64,000 nt of DNA from Nitrospirota bacterium (GTDB taxonomy: Bacteria; Nitrospirota; UBA9217): assembly GCA_035623825.1 (NCBI GenBank), contig DASPSR010000022.1, positions 96,001-160,000 on the forward strand, read 5' to 3'. Every line of letters starts with the position of its first letter. Positions within the stretch are counted from its first letter, which is position 1. Below are positions 12,631 through 21,911 of the stretch, one piece after another. The notes beneath the pieces were generated by a model. It was not told the origin of the DNA. It was given only the letters and a program-made list of their open reading frames with translations, and did no database searches. The position numbers and the translations under genes were made by a program.

Positions 12631-12963
12631 CTACAGCGACAGCGCGTCGGCTGCGTTATGCGCCTGAATAGCGTGGACCAGCGAAGCTCCTCCACGTATG
12701 GCGGCGGCCACATGTACTGCCTCGGTGATATGCTCGAGGCTCATGCCCTCCTCAAGGCATGCCTTGGTATAGGCGTCGATGCAGTAGGGGCATTGAACCG
12801 CGTGCGCCACGGCAGCACCGATAAGAGCTTTTTCCCGTTTCGTCAATACGCCGGGAGCGAGCGCGGCGTTGTACCATTCAAGGAATTTGTTGAAAAGTAC
12901 GGGATTGTGCTTGCCCACTTCACCGAATCGATCGAGATCTTCCGGCTTGTAATAGTCGCCCAT
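12631..12963 (-). CDS. AhpD/CMD-family peroxidase-like protein associated with ArsS
   Basis: REKALI..AVAHAVQCPYCIDAY, AAAIRGGASLVH. Confidence 0.9.
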   Translation of the reverse strand: MGDYYKPEDLDRFGEVGKHNPVLFNKFLEWYNAALAPGVLTKREKALIGAAVAHAVQCPYCIDAYTKACLEEGMSLEHITEAVHVAAAIRGGASLVHAIQAHNAADALSL

Positions 12964-13035
12964 TCAGGAACCCTCCTTATCATTTTTATTCAATATGTCC
13001 ACGGTCTTCGTGGGATCCCGCCACAGCGAGATCGC

Positions 13036-13776
13036 CTATGCGTAGAGCATGATCTTTCCTATGTGGCCTTTGAGATCATCAGCGGCTTTCACGAAGGCAT
13101 CGACAACTGCGGGATCGAAGTTTTTCCCCGAAGCGGCAAGAATTTCCTGATGCGCCCCTTCAAATGGCAGGGCTTCTCGATATGGTCTTGTTACCGTGAG
13201 CGCATCAAGGGCATCCGCCACGGCAAAGACTCTCGCCCCCATCGGTATCTCTCCCCCTTTGAGCCCGAGAGGATAGCCCGTGCCGTCGAAGTGCTCGTGA
13301 TGATTCCTGATAATCTCCGCTGCCTTTGCGAAATATCCGATATGGCTTATGATCCGATGGCCAATTTCAGGATGGCCATGCATGATAGCCCGTTCCTCGG
13401 GGGTGAGCGGGCCTGTCTTGTGGAGGACCGAATCTGGAACCCCTATCTTTCCGATGTCGTGAAGGAGTGCACCGCAATAGAGGTCCACGAGGTCTCTGCC
13501 GGTCACACCGCAGGCATGGCCCATGATCATGGCAAACTGCGTCACGCGCAATGAATGGTCGCCGACTTCGTGCTCGCGGGCGTCTATGGCGCTCACGAAA
13601 GCCTCAAGCGTCACGAGATAGCTCGTCTCGATCTTGTCGACGACGTCTTCGAGATGAGTATCGGCAAAATAACAATGCTCGCAGCGATACGTGCCGTCTG
13701 CCCTTTTGATGTAGCGGTTGCCTTCGATCTTTGCTCCGCAGTGTGGACATACGCGGATGTCTTCCTGGGCCTGCAT
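13036..13776 (-). CDS. HD-GYP c-di-GMP phosphodiesterase with N-terminal Zn-ribbon
   Basis: CPHC..CEHC, HSLRV, LHDIGK, HHEHFDGTGYP; ATG overlaps upstream stop (TGATG). Confidence 0.9.
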   Translation of the reverse strand: MQAQEDIRVCPHCGAKIEGNRYIKRADGTYRCEHCYFADTHLEDVVDKIETSYLVTLEAFVSAIDAREHEVGDHSLRVTQFAMIMGHACGVTGRDLVDLYCGALLHDIGKIGVPDSVLHKTGPLTPEERAIMHGHPEIGHRIISHIGYFAKAAEIIRNHHEHFDGTGYPLGLKGGEIPMGARVFAVADALDALTVTRPYREALPFEGAHQEILAASGKNFDPAVVDAFVKAADDLKGHIGKIMLYA

Positions 13777-14492
13777 CACGTGGCCGTGCCTCCTCCTTCT
13801 TGGTACCATTTCTGCAGTCGTTCGGGAGGGACCCCAAGCGCATACAGCGTTTGCACGGTCCAGTTCCTGAAAGTGCAAAAAAGGATCCCCTCCTTTTCCC
13901 ATCTCCGCGGGGACGTGCGGACCTTTGCCGGGATTATGCAGATGCGGTCCCCGCGCTTCTTTATGCGTCCCATGATTTCGGCGTCTTCCATGAGGGGGAT
14001 GTCCTGGTACCCGCCAATTTTTTCAAAGTACGATCTCCGGATGAATATCGCCTGGTCCCCGAAAGGGACCCTTGTCAATCGGGTCCGGAGAAAGACGTAC
14101 TTCTCTGTAATTCTGAATATGTGTCTGTCACTCTTTATCCCCAGGTCGAACGCTCCTGCAACAAAACGGCCGTCACTCATGGCCGTTGCTACCGTGGCAA
14201 GGGCGTGGTCTGGCAGAAGGGTGTCGGCATGGAGAAAGAGGAGGATGTCGCCGGACGCGACTGACGCGCCGCTGTTCATCTGACGCGCTCGCCCCTTGAC
14301 TGAAATTATTTTGACGACCCCTTCATCTCGTACCGCGGAGATCGTGCCGCCAGATGGATCGCCGTCGACAACGATGATCTGGGAAGCGATAGCACGATTT
14401 CTGGCGCGAATATGGTCGATCACTTCGTTGATTCTTGCGGCCTCGTTCAAAACGGGCAGGATTATTGAAAACCCCGGTTGCTGGCTTGTCAC
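13776..14492 (-). CDS. TIGR04283-type GT2 glycosyltransferase (arsenosugar-associated)
   Basis: SIILPVLNE, GRARQMN.GA, FLHADT, PFGDQAIF, LMED, TSPRRW. Confidence 0.9.
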   Translation of the reverse strand: MTSQQPGFSIILPVLNEAARINEVIDHIRARNRAIASQIIVVDGDPSGGTISAVRDEGVVKIISVKGRARQMNSGASVASGDILLFLHADTLLPDHALATVATAMSDGRFVAGAFDLGIKSDRHIFRITEKYVFLRTRLTRVPFGDQAIFIRRSYFEKIGGYQDIPLMEDAEIMGRIKKRGDRICIIPAKVRTSPRRWEKEGILFCTFRNWTVQTLYALGVPPERLQKWYQEGGGTAT

Positions 14493-14592
14493 GGCGTCCT
14501 TTGCTCCCTATGGTATGGGCATGGAAGGGTACGAGCGGCAATTGGAGTACGCGGCAACTGTCGTGCACATCTTCTATTTTAGCGCCGTTTCG

Positions 14593-15051
14593 TCACATTC
14601 CCGATGCCGCCCACGATTTCCTGATATCCTCCAACCGCTTCCGGTTCACGCCGAGATCAGAATGCCCCATGCGTGACGCGGATCGCATATGAATGAGCTT
14701 TGCGTTCTCGTCGCACGAGAACTCTACATCATCGACAAACCGCCACAGCGCGCTCGTGAACTCCGCGTGCAGGTAGATGCTCGTTTCGGTGACGATCTTA
14801 GTTCTCTTCTTCTGCAGGATGATGTTTTTGAGAGCGGCCATGGCGTCAGATGTCGGCGAGGAATAGGAGAGGGGTTCGACGTGATGTTCCTTATCCAGGC
14901 TTTGACTCGAAACACAGTTCGGGGTAGAAGGGCAGGGGGCCAGTCTCCCGTCCCTCAATCCAAGGTTGGCTGGCTGCGCCCCGCTACAACCACTTATGAA
15001 CGGAATCAGAACAAGGACCAAACGTGAGCTTATGACCACTCCAGTCTTCAC
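14593..15051 (-). CDS. DUF1499 family lipoprotein
   Basis: L.PCPSTPNCVSSQ, FVDDVEF, RSASRMG.SDLGVNRKR. Confidence 0.85.
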   Translation of the reverse strand: MKTGVVISSRLVLVLIPFISGCSGAQPANLGLRDGRLAPCPSTPNCVSSQSLDKEHHVEPLSYSSPTSDAMAALKNIILQKKRTKIVTETSIYLHAEFTSALWRFVDDVEFSCDENAKLIHMRSASRMGHSDLGVNRKRLEDIRKSWAASGM

Positions 15052-15153
15052 AATCAGCCATCCCCTCCCGAGTCGCGGTGTTATATGAATTATTATACTC
15101 CACTTTTCCCCTCATGTCATTGTTGCCTCGCACTTCCGCCGCAGCGGGAGGGG

Positions 15154-15591
15154 CTATCTCCACATCCCCAGGATCGCACCCATGACCAGCATGCCGGCGA
15201 GCGAGTGCCCGGCCTGGATCAGGAACAGTGACCAGACCAGGTCCTTGTCTTTGCCGCTGAACAGGGCCGCGCCCAGTACAACGGGGAATATGAAGCCGAG
15301 CCACGCCCAGAACCCGACCTGCATTCCCTCGACCGCCGTATAGACGTGCAGCCCGCTGATAAAGAGGGCAAAAACGAACGCTCCCACCAATACGCCAGCG
15401 AACATGATCCCAAAGTATGGTCTGGTATCCTTCTTCATCTGCTCCCGTTCCGCTTGGCTCATATTTTCCCTGCCGATTATTTTCATCCACATCCTCCCGA
15501 AGAGAGAACGAGAATACCAGACGATCCCAACGGTCATGGCTGCGATTGCCGCCACAACGACAGCAAGGTAATTCACATGCATATGCATCAT
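15154..15591 (-). CDS. DUF1761 family membrane protein
   Basis: NYLAVVVAA...G..WYS..LFGR.W; four hydrophobic segments. Confidence 0.8.
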   Translation of the reverse strand: MMHMHVNYLAVVVAAIAAMTVGIVWYSRSLFGRMWMKIIGRENMSQAEREQMKKDTRPYFGIMFAGVLVGAFVFALFISGLHVYTAVEGMQVGFWAWLGFIFPVVLGAALFSGKDKDLVWSLFLIQAGHSLAGMLVMGAILGMWR

Positions 15592-15604
15592 ACAGTCCGC
15601 CTGG

Positions 15605-16030
15605 TTATGCCGCTCTTGACAGTTTCACGCTGCTTTCTTTCTTCCGGAGATACTCGTGCCAAGGTTTCCAGTAATACGTGTCCCAGCCCTTGTTGACGTC
15701 ATCGTAATCATATTCCGGCACATTGACATGGACCAGCTCGATTCTGCCGCCGTTGTTATCCGCCCAGAAGCTGATAATCAATGTAGAGTCGATGTCCCCG
15801 GCCTTCCAGTCCTTCCCACGCCACGATTGTATGATGAGGCGCTTGGGCACGACCTGCAGCGTTCTACCGGTGATCATGCCGCCAAAGGCACGAAATCGCG
15901 ACCCCGGTGTCCGGCTGATGGTCACCGGTCCCCCGGTGATTGCCCCATGGGCTCTGGGGCTCAGATACATATCAAATAGTTTTTCCGCAGGCGCTGGAAG
16001 CGTCACGGTCTGCTGTATTGTTTTTAGCAT
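15605..16030 (-). CDS. SRPBCC/AHSA1-like domain protein
   Basis: G.F..FGG.ITG...VP.RLIIQSWR, GW..YYW.P. Confidence 0.85.
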   Translation of the reverse strand: MLKTIQQTVTLPAPAEKLFDMYLSPRAHGAITGGPVTISRTPGSRFRAFGGMITGRTLQVVPKRLIIQSWRGKDWKAGDIDSTLIISFWADNNGGRIELVHVNVPEYDYDDVNKGWDTYYWKPWHEYLRKKESSVKLSRAA

Positions 16031-16139
16031 GGAAATTCACTCCCTTAACCAGACAATTTGACTCCTCTCTTTGAGAGTAGCGCCGAATCTTCGATCTGTC
16101 AAGGCAGCAGGGTGTGTCCGGAAACCGTTGCGGATGAAC

Positions 16140-16460
16140 CAGCAGTCTTGCATCGGAAATAACCGCCGTCCCTGCTGATACATCTGCCTCTCCGAACACG
16201 AAATTGAGTTCGGCAACAAAGAGGTCAACATCGGCCACGCCGAGCGCACAGTCGAAATCCTTGTGACGCACGGTCCGTATCACATTGAGAACCCTTGAGG
16301 AGTGATACTGCGTCCGCTGTGAATCATAAGAGATCGTCGGGAGGGGCATCGTCATGGCCCTTTCTACCATGCAGCGGAAGGTCTCCACTAGGGCTATTGA
16401 GATGGTATTGACGATATCAGGATCTACGCTTCCTACGGGTATGATGACGATACGTTCCAT
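16140..16460 (-). pseudogene. Truncated archaemetzincin-family Zn metalloprotease
   Basis: YD..R.QY.S, LGVADVDLF...LNFVFGEA, AVIS.ARL, then homology ends; no HELGH motif seen downstream. Confidence 0.7.
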
Positions 16461-16593
16461 TGCATGTCTGCGGCATGATCAGTGCTCGTTCACATTCCCA
16501 ACCGATCGGGATATAGCTATAATTATACCATGCGGTGTTCGCACTCACTGAAAGGGCCATCATGGCCCCGTAATCTTGTAGGCACGTAGAACG

Positions 16594-17169
16594 GTGTGCG
16601 GACAGAAGAACATTCTCATAACCGGCCTTCCCGGCATCGGCAAGACCACGGCCATCAAGAAGCTGGCTGAGGGGCTGAAGGAACTCGGTCCTGAGGGTTT
16701 TTACACGGCCGAGATAAGGGAAGGCGCTGAGCGTCAAGGTTTTGAACTGATCGGCCTCGACGGGAGCAGGGGCCTGCTTTCCCATGTCGGCATAAAAAGC
16801 AACTACCGTGTCGGCAGATACGGAGTTGCTCTCGGGGACTTCGAGAAATTCCTTGACGCGCTCATGCTTGCCCGCCCGAAAACTCGGGTCATCATCATAG
16901 ACGAGATAGGGAAGATGGAGTGTTTGTCACAAAGGTTCAAGGCAGTTGTGCGTAGCGTACTGGATTCAGAAACACCGGTCATAGCTACGGTCGCGCTCAA
17001 GGGTGCGGGGTTCATTGCTGAGGTTAAGAATAGAGGGGACATAAAGCTTCTTGAGATGACGGCTGGGAACAGGGCCGCTCTCCCCGTGGAAATAGCGGGG
17101 TACGTCCGGGAGATCCTGAAAGCATCAGGGCAAGAGGACCGGAATCAATCCAACCGTATGAACGGATAG
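16594..17169 (+). CDS. NTPase_1 (THEP1-like) nucleoside triphosphatase
   Basis: ITGLPGIGKTT, GFYT.EIRE, IIDEIGKME. Confidence 0.9.
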   Translation: MCGQKNILITGLPGIGKTTAIKKLAEGLKELGPEGFYTAEIREGAERQGFELIGLDGSRGLLSHVGIKSNYRVGRYGVALGDFEKFLDALMLARPKTRVIIIDEIGKMECLSQRFKAVVRSVLDSETPVIATVALKGAGFIAEVKNRGDIKLLEMTAGNRAALPVEIAGYVREILKASGQEDRNQSNRMNG

Positions 17170-17684
17170 CGCTTCAAGTCTTCCCGCATCACGAGCGTGA
17201 GTCCGGCCCACGTGCCGATTGTTTCGATTGCGATGATCGCGTCGGGGTCCTGGAACGAGATGCGGCCGGGTGCCCCCGCTTTTTTGAGCGCTTCAAGAAG
17301 CACAACATCCAAAAGCCTCTCTTCGCCGGGACTCGAAATCTTGCCCTTGAAGCCGCGCCTTCGTATCCTCACGTAGAAGCTCTTGCCCGCCAGGTGCTGC
17401 GTCCACGTGATTAATATTTCCCCGGCCTTGAGTTCGAATTCATCGGCAGAATCGAAAGTAAAGGTGTGCGTGATGGGTATCAGCCTGGCGAGAAAGGAGA
17501 GCGTCGAGGGATTTTTTAATGTCCGCTCCCTCAAGGTCTCGAGCATCTGGTTCACATCACGAGCCCTCAGCAGCAGAACATTAAAAAAATCGGTTCGTTT
17601 GACTTCTCCGAAATCTCCGAACACATTGATTGCCTGCCTGAAGCCGTGTTCGTGAACACTGATGACTGCATTCCATTCTTGCAT
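17145..17684 (-). CDS. THUMP-domain protein
   Basis: SFYVRIRRRG.KG, I.F.DPD.II.IE. Confidence 0.75.
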   Translation of the reverse strand: MQEWNAVISVHEHGFRQAINVFGDFGEVKRTDFFNVLLLRARDVNQMLETLRERTLKNPSTLSFLARLIPITHTFTFDSADEFELKAGEILITWTQHLAGKSFYVRIRRRGFKGKISSPGEERLLDVVLLEALKKAGAPGRISFQDPDAIIAIETIGTWAGLTLVMREDLKRYPFIRLD

Positions 17685-17732
17685 GAGGGATTGCCTCTCG
17701 ATCAGGTTCCGGCAGGTTTGCCTGCTCCGGCA

Positions 17733-19235
17733 TCAGAGGCCGGCGCTCAGCATCTTCTCATGACGTCTAAAAACCTTCCGGAAATGGAATCCGTAGATCG
17801 AGAGGGTAATTGCGAGCGGCAGGAGCCTTGGACGGCGCACCAGGGACCATAAAAATAGTTTCCAGTACTGCAATCGTTCCCTGCCGACGATGCCCAGACG
17901 CACCACGGACTTGATCAAGGCTTTGAAGTGGCTCATCCGGAAGCGGCCGCCGCGCGACTTCGGGGGGCGATATTCCTTCAGGAATTGTTTCACACGCGCG
18001 TAGTAATGCTTCGGGGAGTAGATCGTGTTGAGTATCTTGCGGTAGCCGCTGATCAGATGATCAGCGTTCATCTTCGGTATGAAATTGATCGAAAAGTCAG
18101 TATTATCGCCTGTTGTGGCCTTCACGATCCGACCTTCGCGATTGAGGCGATGATAGAGTTTTGTCCCGTGAAGAGCGTTTAACAGCCCGACCATGGCTGT
18201 CGCGATCCCACTTTCCTGGATGAAGGAGATCAAACGCTCGAAGATAGAGGATGGATCCTTGTCAAAGCCAACGATGAACCCTGCCTGGACCTCGAGACCA
18301 GCCTTCTGGATCTTTTTCACGCTGGCAATGAGGTCCCGGTTCCGGTTCTGGACCTTGCTGCACTCGATGAGGCTCTCCTCGTTCGGCGATTCAATGCCCA
18401 CGAAGACGGTGTCGAAGCCCGCCTGGACCATCAGATGCAGGAGCTCCTCGTCATCTGCAAGGTTGATTGAGACCTCAGTGGAAAGGGCAAAGGGGTGCTT
18501 TTTCTTCTCCATCCATTCGATGATGGCGGGGAGTATGTCCCTTTTCAGCTTCGACTTGTTCCCGATGAAATTGTCATCGACAAAGAAAACGCCGCTCCGC
18601 CATCCCAGGGCATACAGCCTTTCAAGTTCCTCCAGGATCTGATTCCGGGTCTTCGTCCTTGGCACGCGTCCGTACAGCACCGTGATATTGCAGAACTCGC
18701 AGTCAAAGGGGCAGCCCCTTGAATACTGGATGTTCATGGATGCATATTTCTTCATATCGATAAGCTCGCTCATGGGGGCGGGTGTGGTGCTCAGGTCAGC
18801 CCATTGGGGAGACGTGTAGATATGCTTGGCGCACCCATTGCTCAGATCCTCCAAGAATGGCTGGAGTGTGATCTCAGCCTCGTTCAGCACCAAGTGGTCC
18901 ACGCCGTCGAAGTCCTCATAGCTGGCAGTGAAAAGCGGGCCGCCGGCTACGATCTTGACGCCGTGCGCCTTGCATCGGGAAATGACCTCCTTCGCGGACT
19001 CCTTCTGAATAGACATGGCGCTGAGCATCACGTAATCGGCCCACCGAAGATTTGCATCGGTGAGCGGTTCTACGTTTATATCCACGAGCCGCTGCTCCCA
19101 TTCCGCGGGAAGCATCGCGGCTACGGTCATCAGCCCCAGGGGAGGGTAGACCGCTTTCTTGGAGATGAACTTCAAGGCATATTTAAAGCTCCAGAAGGTT
19201 TCAGGATATTTGGGATAGACATGGAGGATCTTCAT
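17733..19235 (-). CDS. B12-binding radical SAM protein (DUF4070/HpnP-like family)
   Basis: YP.YP.TFWSF, PPLGL, SRGCPFDCEFC, FFVDDNFIGNK. Confidence 0.9.
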   Translation of the reverse strand: MKILHVYPKYPETFWSFKYALKFISKKAVYPPLGLMTVAAMLPAEWEQRLVDINVEPLTDANLRWADYVMLSAMSIQKESAKEVISRCKAHGVKIVAGGPLFTASYEDFDGVDHLVLNEAEITLQPFLEDLSNGCAKHIYTSPQWADLSTTPAPMSELIDMKKYASMNIQYSRGCPFDCEFCNITVLYGRVPRTKTRNQILEELERLYALGWRSGVFFVDDNFIGNKSKLKRDILPAIIEWMEKKKHPFALSTEVSINLADDEELLHLMVQAGFDTVFVGIESPNEESLIECSKVQNRNRDLIASVKKIQKAGLEVQAGFIVGFDKDPSSIFERLISFIQESGIATAMVGLLNALHGTKLYHRLNREGRIVKATTGDNTDFSINFIPKMNADHLISGYRKILNTIYSPKHYYARVKQFLKEYRPPKSRGGRFRMSHFKALIKSVVRLGIVGRERLQYWKLFLWSLVRRPRLLPLAITLSIYGFHFRKVFRRHEKMLSAGL

Positions 19236-19297
19236 ATTAAGTGGGCTCCTTCGAGTTCTTGGCTGTCGTGAGTCCGGCGACCCTGATCGACTGTTGA

Positions 19298-19326
19298 ACC
19301 TTAACAAAACGAGAATATGTTGTCAA
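19298..19326 (-). promoter_or_regulatory. Sigma70-type promoter upstream of the B12 radical SAM gene
   Basis: Minus strand TTGACA-17nt-TAAGGT. Confidence 0.55.
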
Positions 19327-19535
19327 GCGATATCGCCGGAGCTCGATTAGGAAGAAAGTATTAATCCGATGATTTCGTTTCGGTTTTGTCGCGGAGCTAT
19401 TCACGGTCAGATCTGCATTCGCGCACGGTTTTGCGCGAAGCAAATTGTATTTGCATAGGTTTATTGATACATGTTAATATATGCTGTTCCATGAAGATGT
19501 CTGCAGGGCTCTAGGCCTTTCCCGAGTGTTATGAC

Positions 19536-21836
19536 ATGAATCCTTCGTTTAGTTCGAAATACATCGTTGTTCTGGGGCTGGGGTTACTGGTATTTATCGG
19601 TATCGGGGTCCTCCTCTATGAGAGCAGCGCTCACGTGGTCAACGCCATCGATGCCCGACGGTCATCGGAGGAAGTCCTTGTGCATCTCGATGGAATGCTC
19701 GCAGCTCTCACGACCCTGGAGTCCGTCGAGGGAGATATCACTCTTGGCGGACACAAGAATTATCTTGACCCCTATCGCGCGGCGGTAAGCAGAATCCAGC
19801 AGGAAGTGACCTCCATCAAGACTCTGACCGCCAATTATCCGGACCAGGGGCGCAGGGTTGCTCGCCTCGAATTCCAGATAGCGCAGAGACTGGAGCATGC
19901 ACACCAGCTGGCTGACACTCTAGAAAAAGAGGGTCGCAGCGCAGCCGAGGGGATGGTGCGGGATGAAGAAGACCGCGAGATCACTGAAAGCATCCGTAAA
20001 ACCGTTTTCGAGATGCAGAATGCGCAAAGCGAGCTTCTGAAACTGCAGGACAGTCTTGTCAAGCCGGGGATCTGGACGGCAGTAACGCTCATCGCAGCAA
20101 GTTACATCTCTGCGATCCTCCTTGTCTTGTTATTTGGAGCCGTTGCCCTGCGTGAGGACGCATTACGCCGGCGGGCGGAGGATATGCGGAAGCGGCTATC
20201 GCTGACCGTCGATCAGGCAACGGACCTCGTCGTGGTAACCGACCGGGGGGGGAAAATAGAATATGTTAACAGGGCCGTCGAGGAAACAACCGGCTACACA
20301 GCAGCTGAGCTTCTCGGGAAGAGCGGCGACTTATGGCATTCGGGGAAGCATGATGCGGAGTTCTTCCAAAAGAAACGCGATACGATCCTTTCGGGAGGAA
20401 CGTTCCAGGCGACGGTAACCTACCGGAAGAGGAACGGCGATCTCTTTTATCTTTCCGAGACACTGACCCCGCTCAGGGACTCCGCGGGGAACGTCACGCA
20501 CATCGTCTCCACGGGAAGGGACATCACGAACCAGAAATCGCTGGAAGAGCGGGTCGATTACCTGGCGTATTTCGACGTTCTCACCGGGATTCCGAATCGA
20601 GCTCTCTTTGTCGACCGGCTGCAGGAGGGAATTACCCGGTCTCAGGGATCCTCGGAGCATATGGCGGTGCTTGCGATTGACATCGATCGATTCAAGCTCA
20701 TCAACGATGTGTTCGGTTTTGCTGCCGGTGACGAGATCCTCAAGGTGATCGCCGCGCGGTTATTGGCATCGGTCGCGGAAGGGGACACGGTGGCACGCGT
20801 GGGAAACGATGAATTCGACGTGGCTCTCCATAATATCTCCCGGCCCTCCGACGTCGTGAGCTCGGTGAACAAGATCATGAAGAAAATCTCTGAATCCGTC
20901 ATTCTCAGGGGGGAAGAGATCATCATGTCTTTCGCCGCAGGCGTCACGCTCTACCCGGATGACGGCGACGACGCCGAAACGCTCATCCGGAATGCCCACC
21001 TCGCCCTCAGCAAGGCAAAAGCACAGGGAAAGAACAATTTCCAGTTCTATACGCCCAGTATCATCGAAAAGGCCTCCGAAACTTTGGTCATGGAAAAGCG
21101 CCTGTCCAATGCCCTGAAGAAGGAGGAATACCTTGTATATTATCAGCCGTATGTTGATATGACGACAAGACGGTTTGGTGGCGCTGAAGCCTTGATAAAA
21201 TGGAAGAGCGACAAGCACGGGCTGGTTTCTCCCAAGAAATTCATTCCCATGCTCGAAGATGCGGGGATGATCATTGACGTGGGGGAGTGGGTGCTTAAGA
21301 CCGCCTGCCGCCAGATCAAGGAGTGGGACGGGGGAAAATCTCGCTTCCCCGTTGCCGTGAACCTCTCGTCGCAGCAGCTCCATCACAAATACCTGGTGGA
21401 AATGGTCGAAACCACGATCAAAGAGGCAGGTGTCGATCCGGCGCGTCTTACCCTCGAGGTAACGGAAGGCATCGTCATGCACGACCTGGATTATTCGAGT
21501 AATGTCCTGAGGCAGTTGAAAAGCCTCGGCGTCTCCATTTCCGTCGACGACTTCGGTACGGGCTACTCATCGCTCAGCTATCTGAAGCGATTGCCCATCG
21601 ACAATGTGAAGATTGATATGTCATTTGTCCAAGACATCACATCGGATCCTGATGCCGCCTCGATTGTCATGGCGATCACGTCCCTGGCACGCAATCTGAA
21701 CCTTAAGACCATCGCCGAAGGCGTTGAGACCGAGGAGCAATGGAAAATCTTGCGCCTCCTGCGATGCGATATGGGGCAGGGCTTTTACTTCAGCCCTGCG
21801 TTGACTCCAGAGGAGTTCGGGAAATTACTGCTATAA
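19536..21836 (+). CDS. Membrane CHASE3-PAS-GGDEF(degenerate)-EAL protein
   Basis: Two TM helices flanking a CHASE3-like region, PAS, GNDEF, EAL, DDFGTGYSS. Confidence 0.9.
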   Translation: MNPSFSSKYIVVLGLGLLVFIGIGVLLYESSAHVVNAIDARRSSEEVLVHLDGMLAALTTLESVEGDITLGGHKNYLDPYRAAVSRIQQEVTSIKTLTANYPDQGRRVARLEFQIAQRLEHAHQLADTLEKEGRSAAEGMVRDEEDREITESIRKTVFEMQNAQSELLKLQDSLVKPGIWTAVTLIAASYISAILLVLLFGAVALREDALRRRAEDMRKRLSLTVDQATDLVVVTDRGGKIEYVNRAVEETTGYTAAELLGKSGDLWHSGKHDAEFFQKKRDTILSGGTFQATVTYRKRNGDLFYLSETLTPLRDSAGNVTHIVSTGRDITNQKSLEERVDYLAYFDVLTGIPNRALFVDRLQEGITRSQGSSEHMAVLAIDIDRFKLINDVFGFAAGDEILKVIAARLLASVAEGDTVARVGNDEFDVALHNISRPSDVVSSVNKIMKKISESVILRGEEIIMSFAAGVTLYPDDGDDAETLIRNAHLALSKAKAQGKNNFQFYTPSIIEKASETLVMEKRLSNALKKEEYLVYYQPYVDMTTRRFGGAEALIKWKSDKHGLVSPKKFIPMLEDAGMIIDVGEWVLKTACRQIKEWDGGKSRFPVAVNLSSQQLHHKYLVEMVETTIKEAGVDPARLTLEVTEGIVMHDLDYSSNVLRQLKSLGVSISVDDFGTGYSSLSYLKRLPIDNVKIDMSFVQDITSDPDAASIVMAITSLARNLNLKTIAEGVETEEQWKILRLLRCDMGQGFYFSPALTPEEFGKLLL

Positions 21837-21911
21837 GAGCCGGCAGGCAGCGCAAACTATTCAGCACCCTCCTTAAGCTGTGCCCTGAGCCGCGCGTCTT
21901 CTGCGCTCCTT

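Noticed and set aside
12478-13554. Long antisense ORFs (also 29207-30670, 38886-39902, 50347-51318, 59232-60134)
   Set aside because: Shadows of well-supported opposite-strand genes in GC-rich DNA; no recognisable motifs
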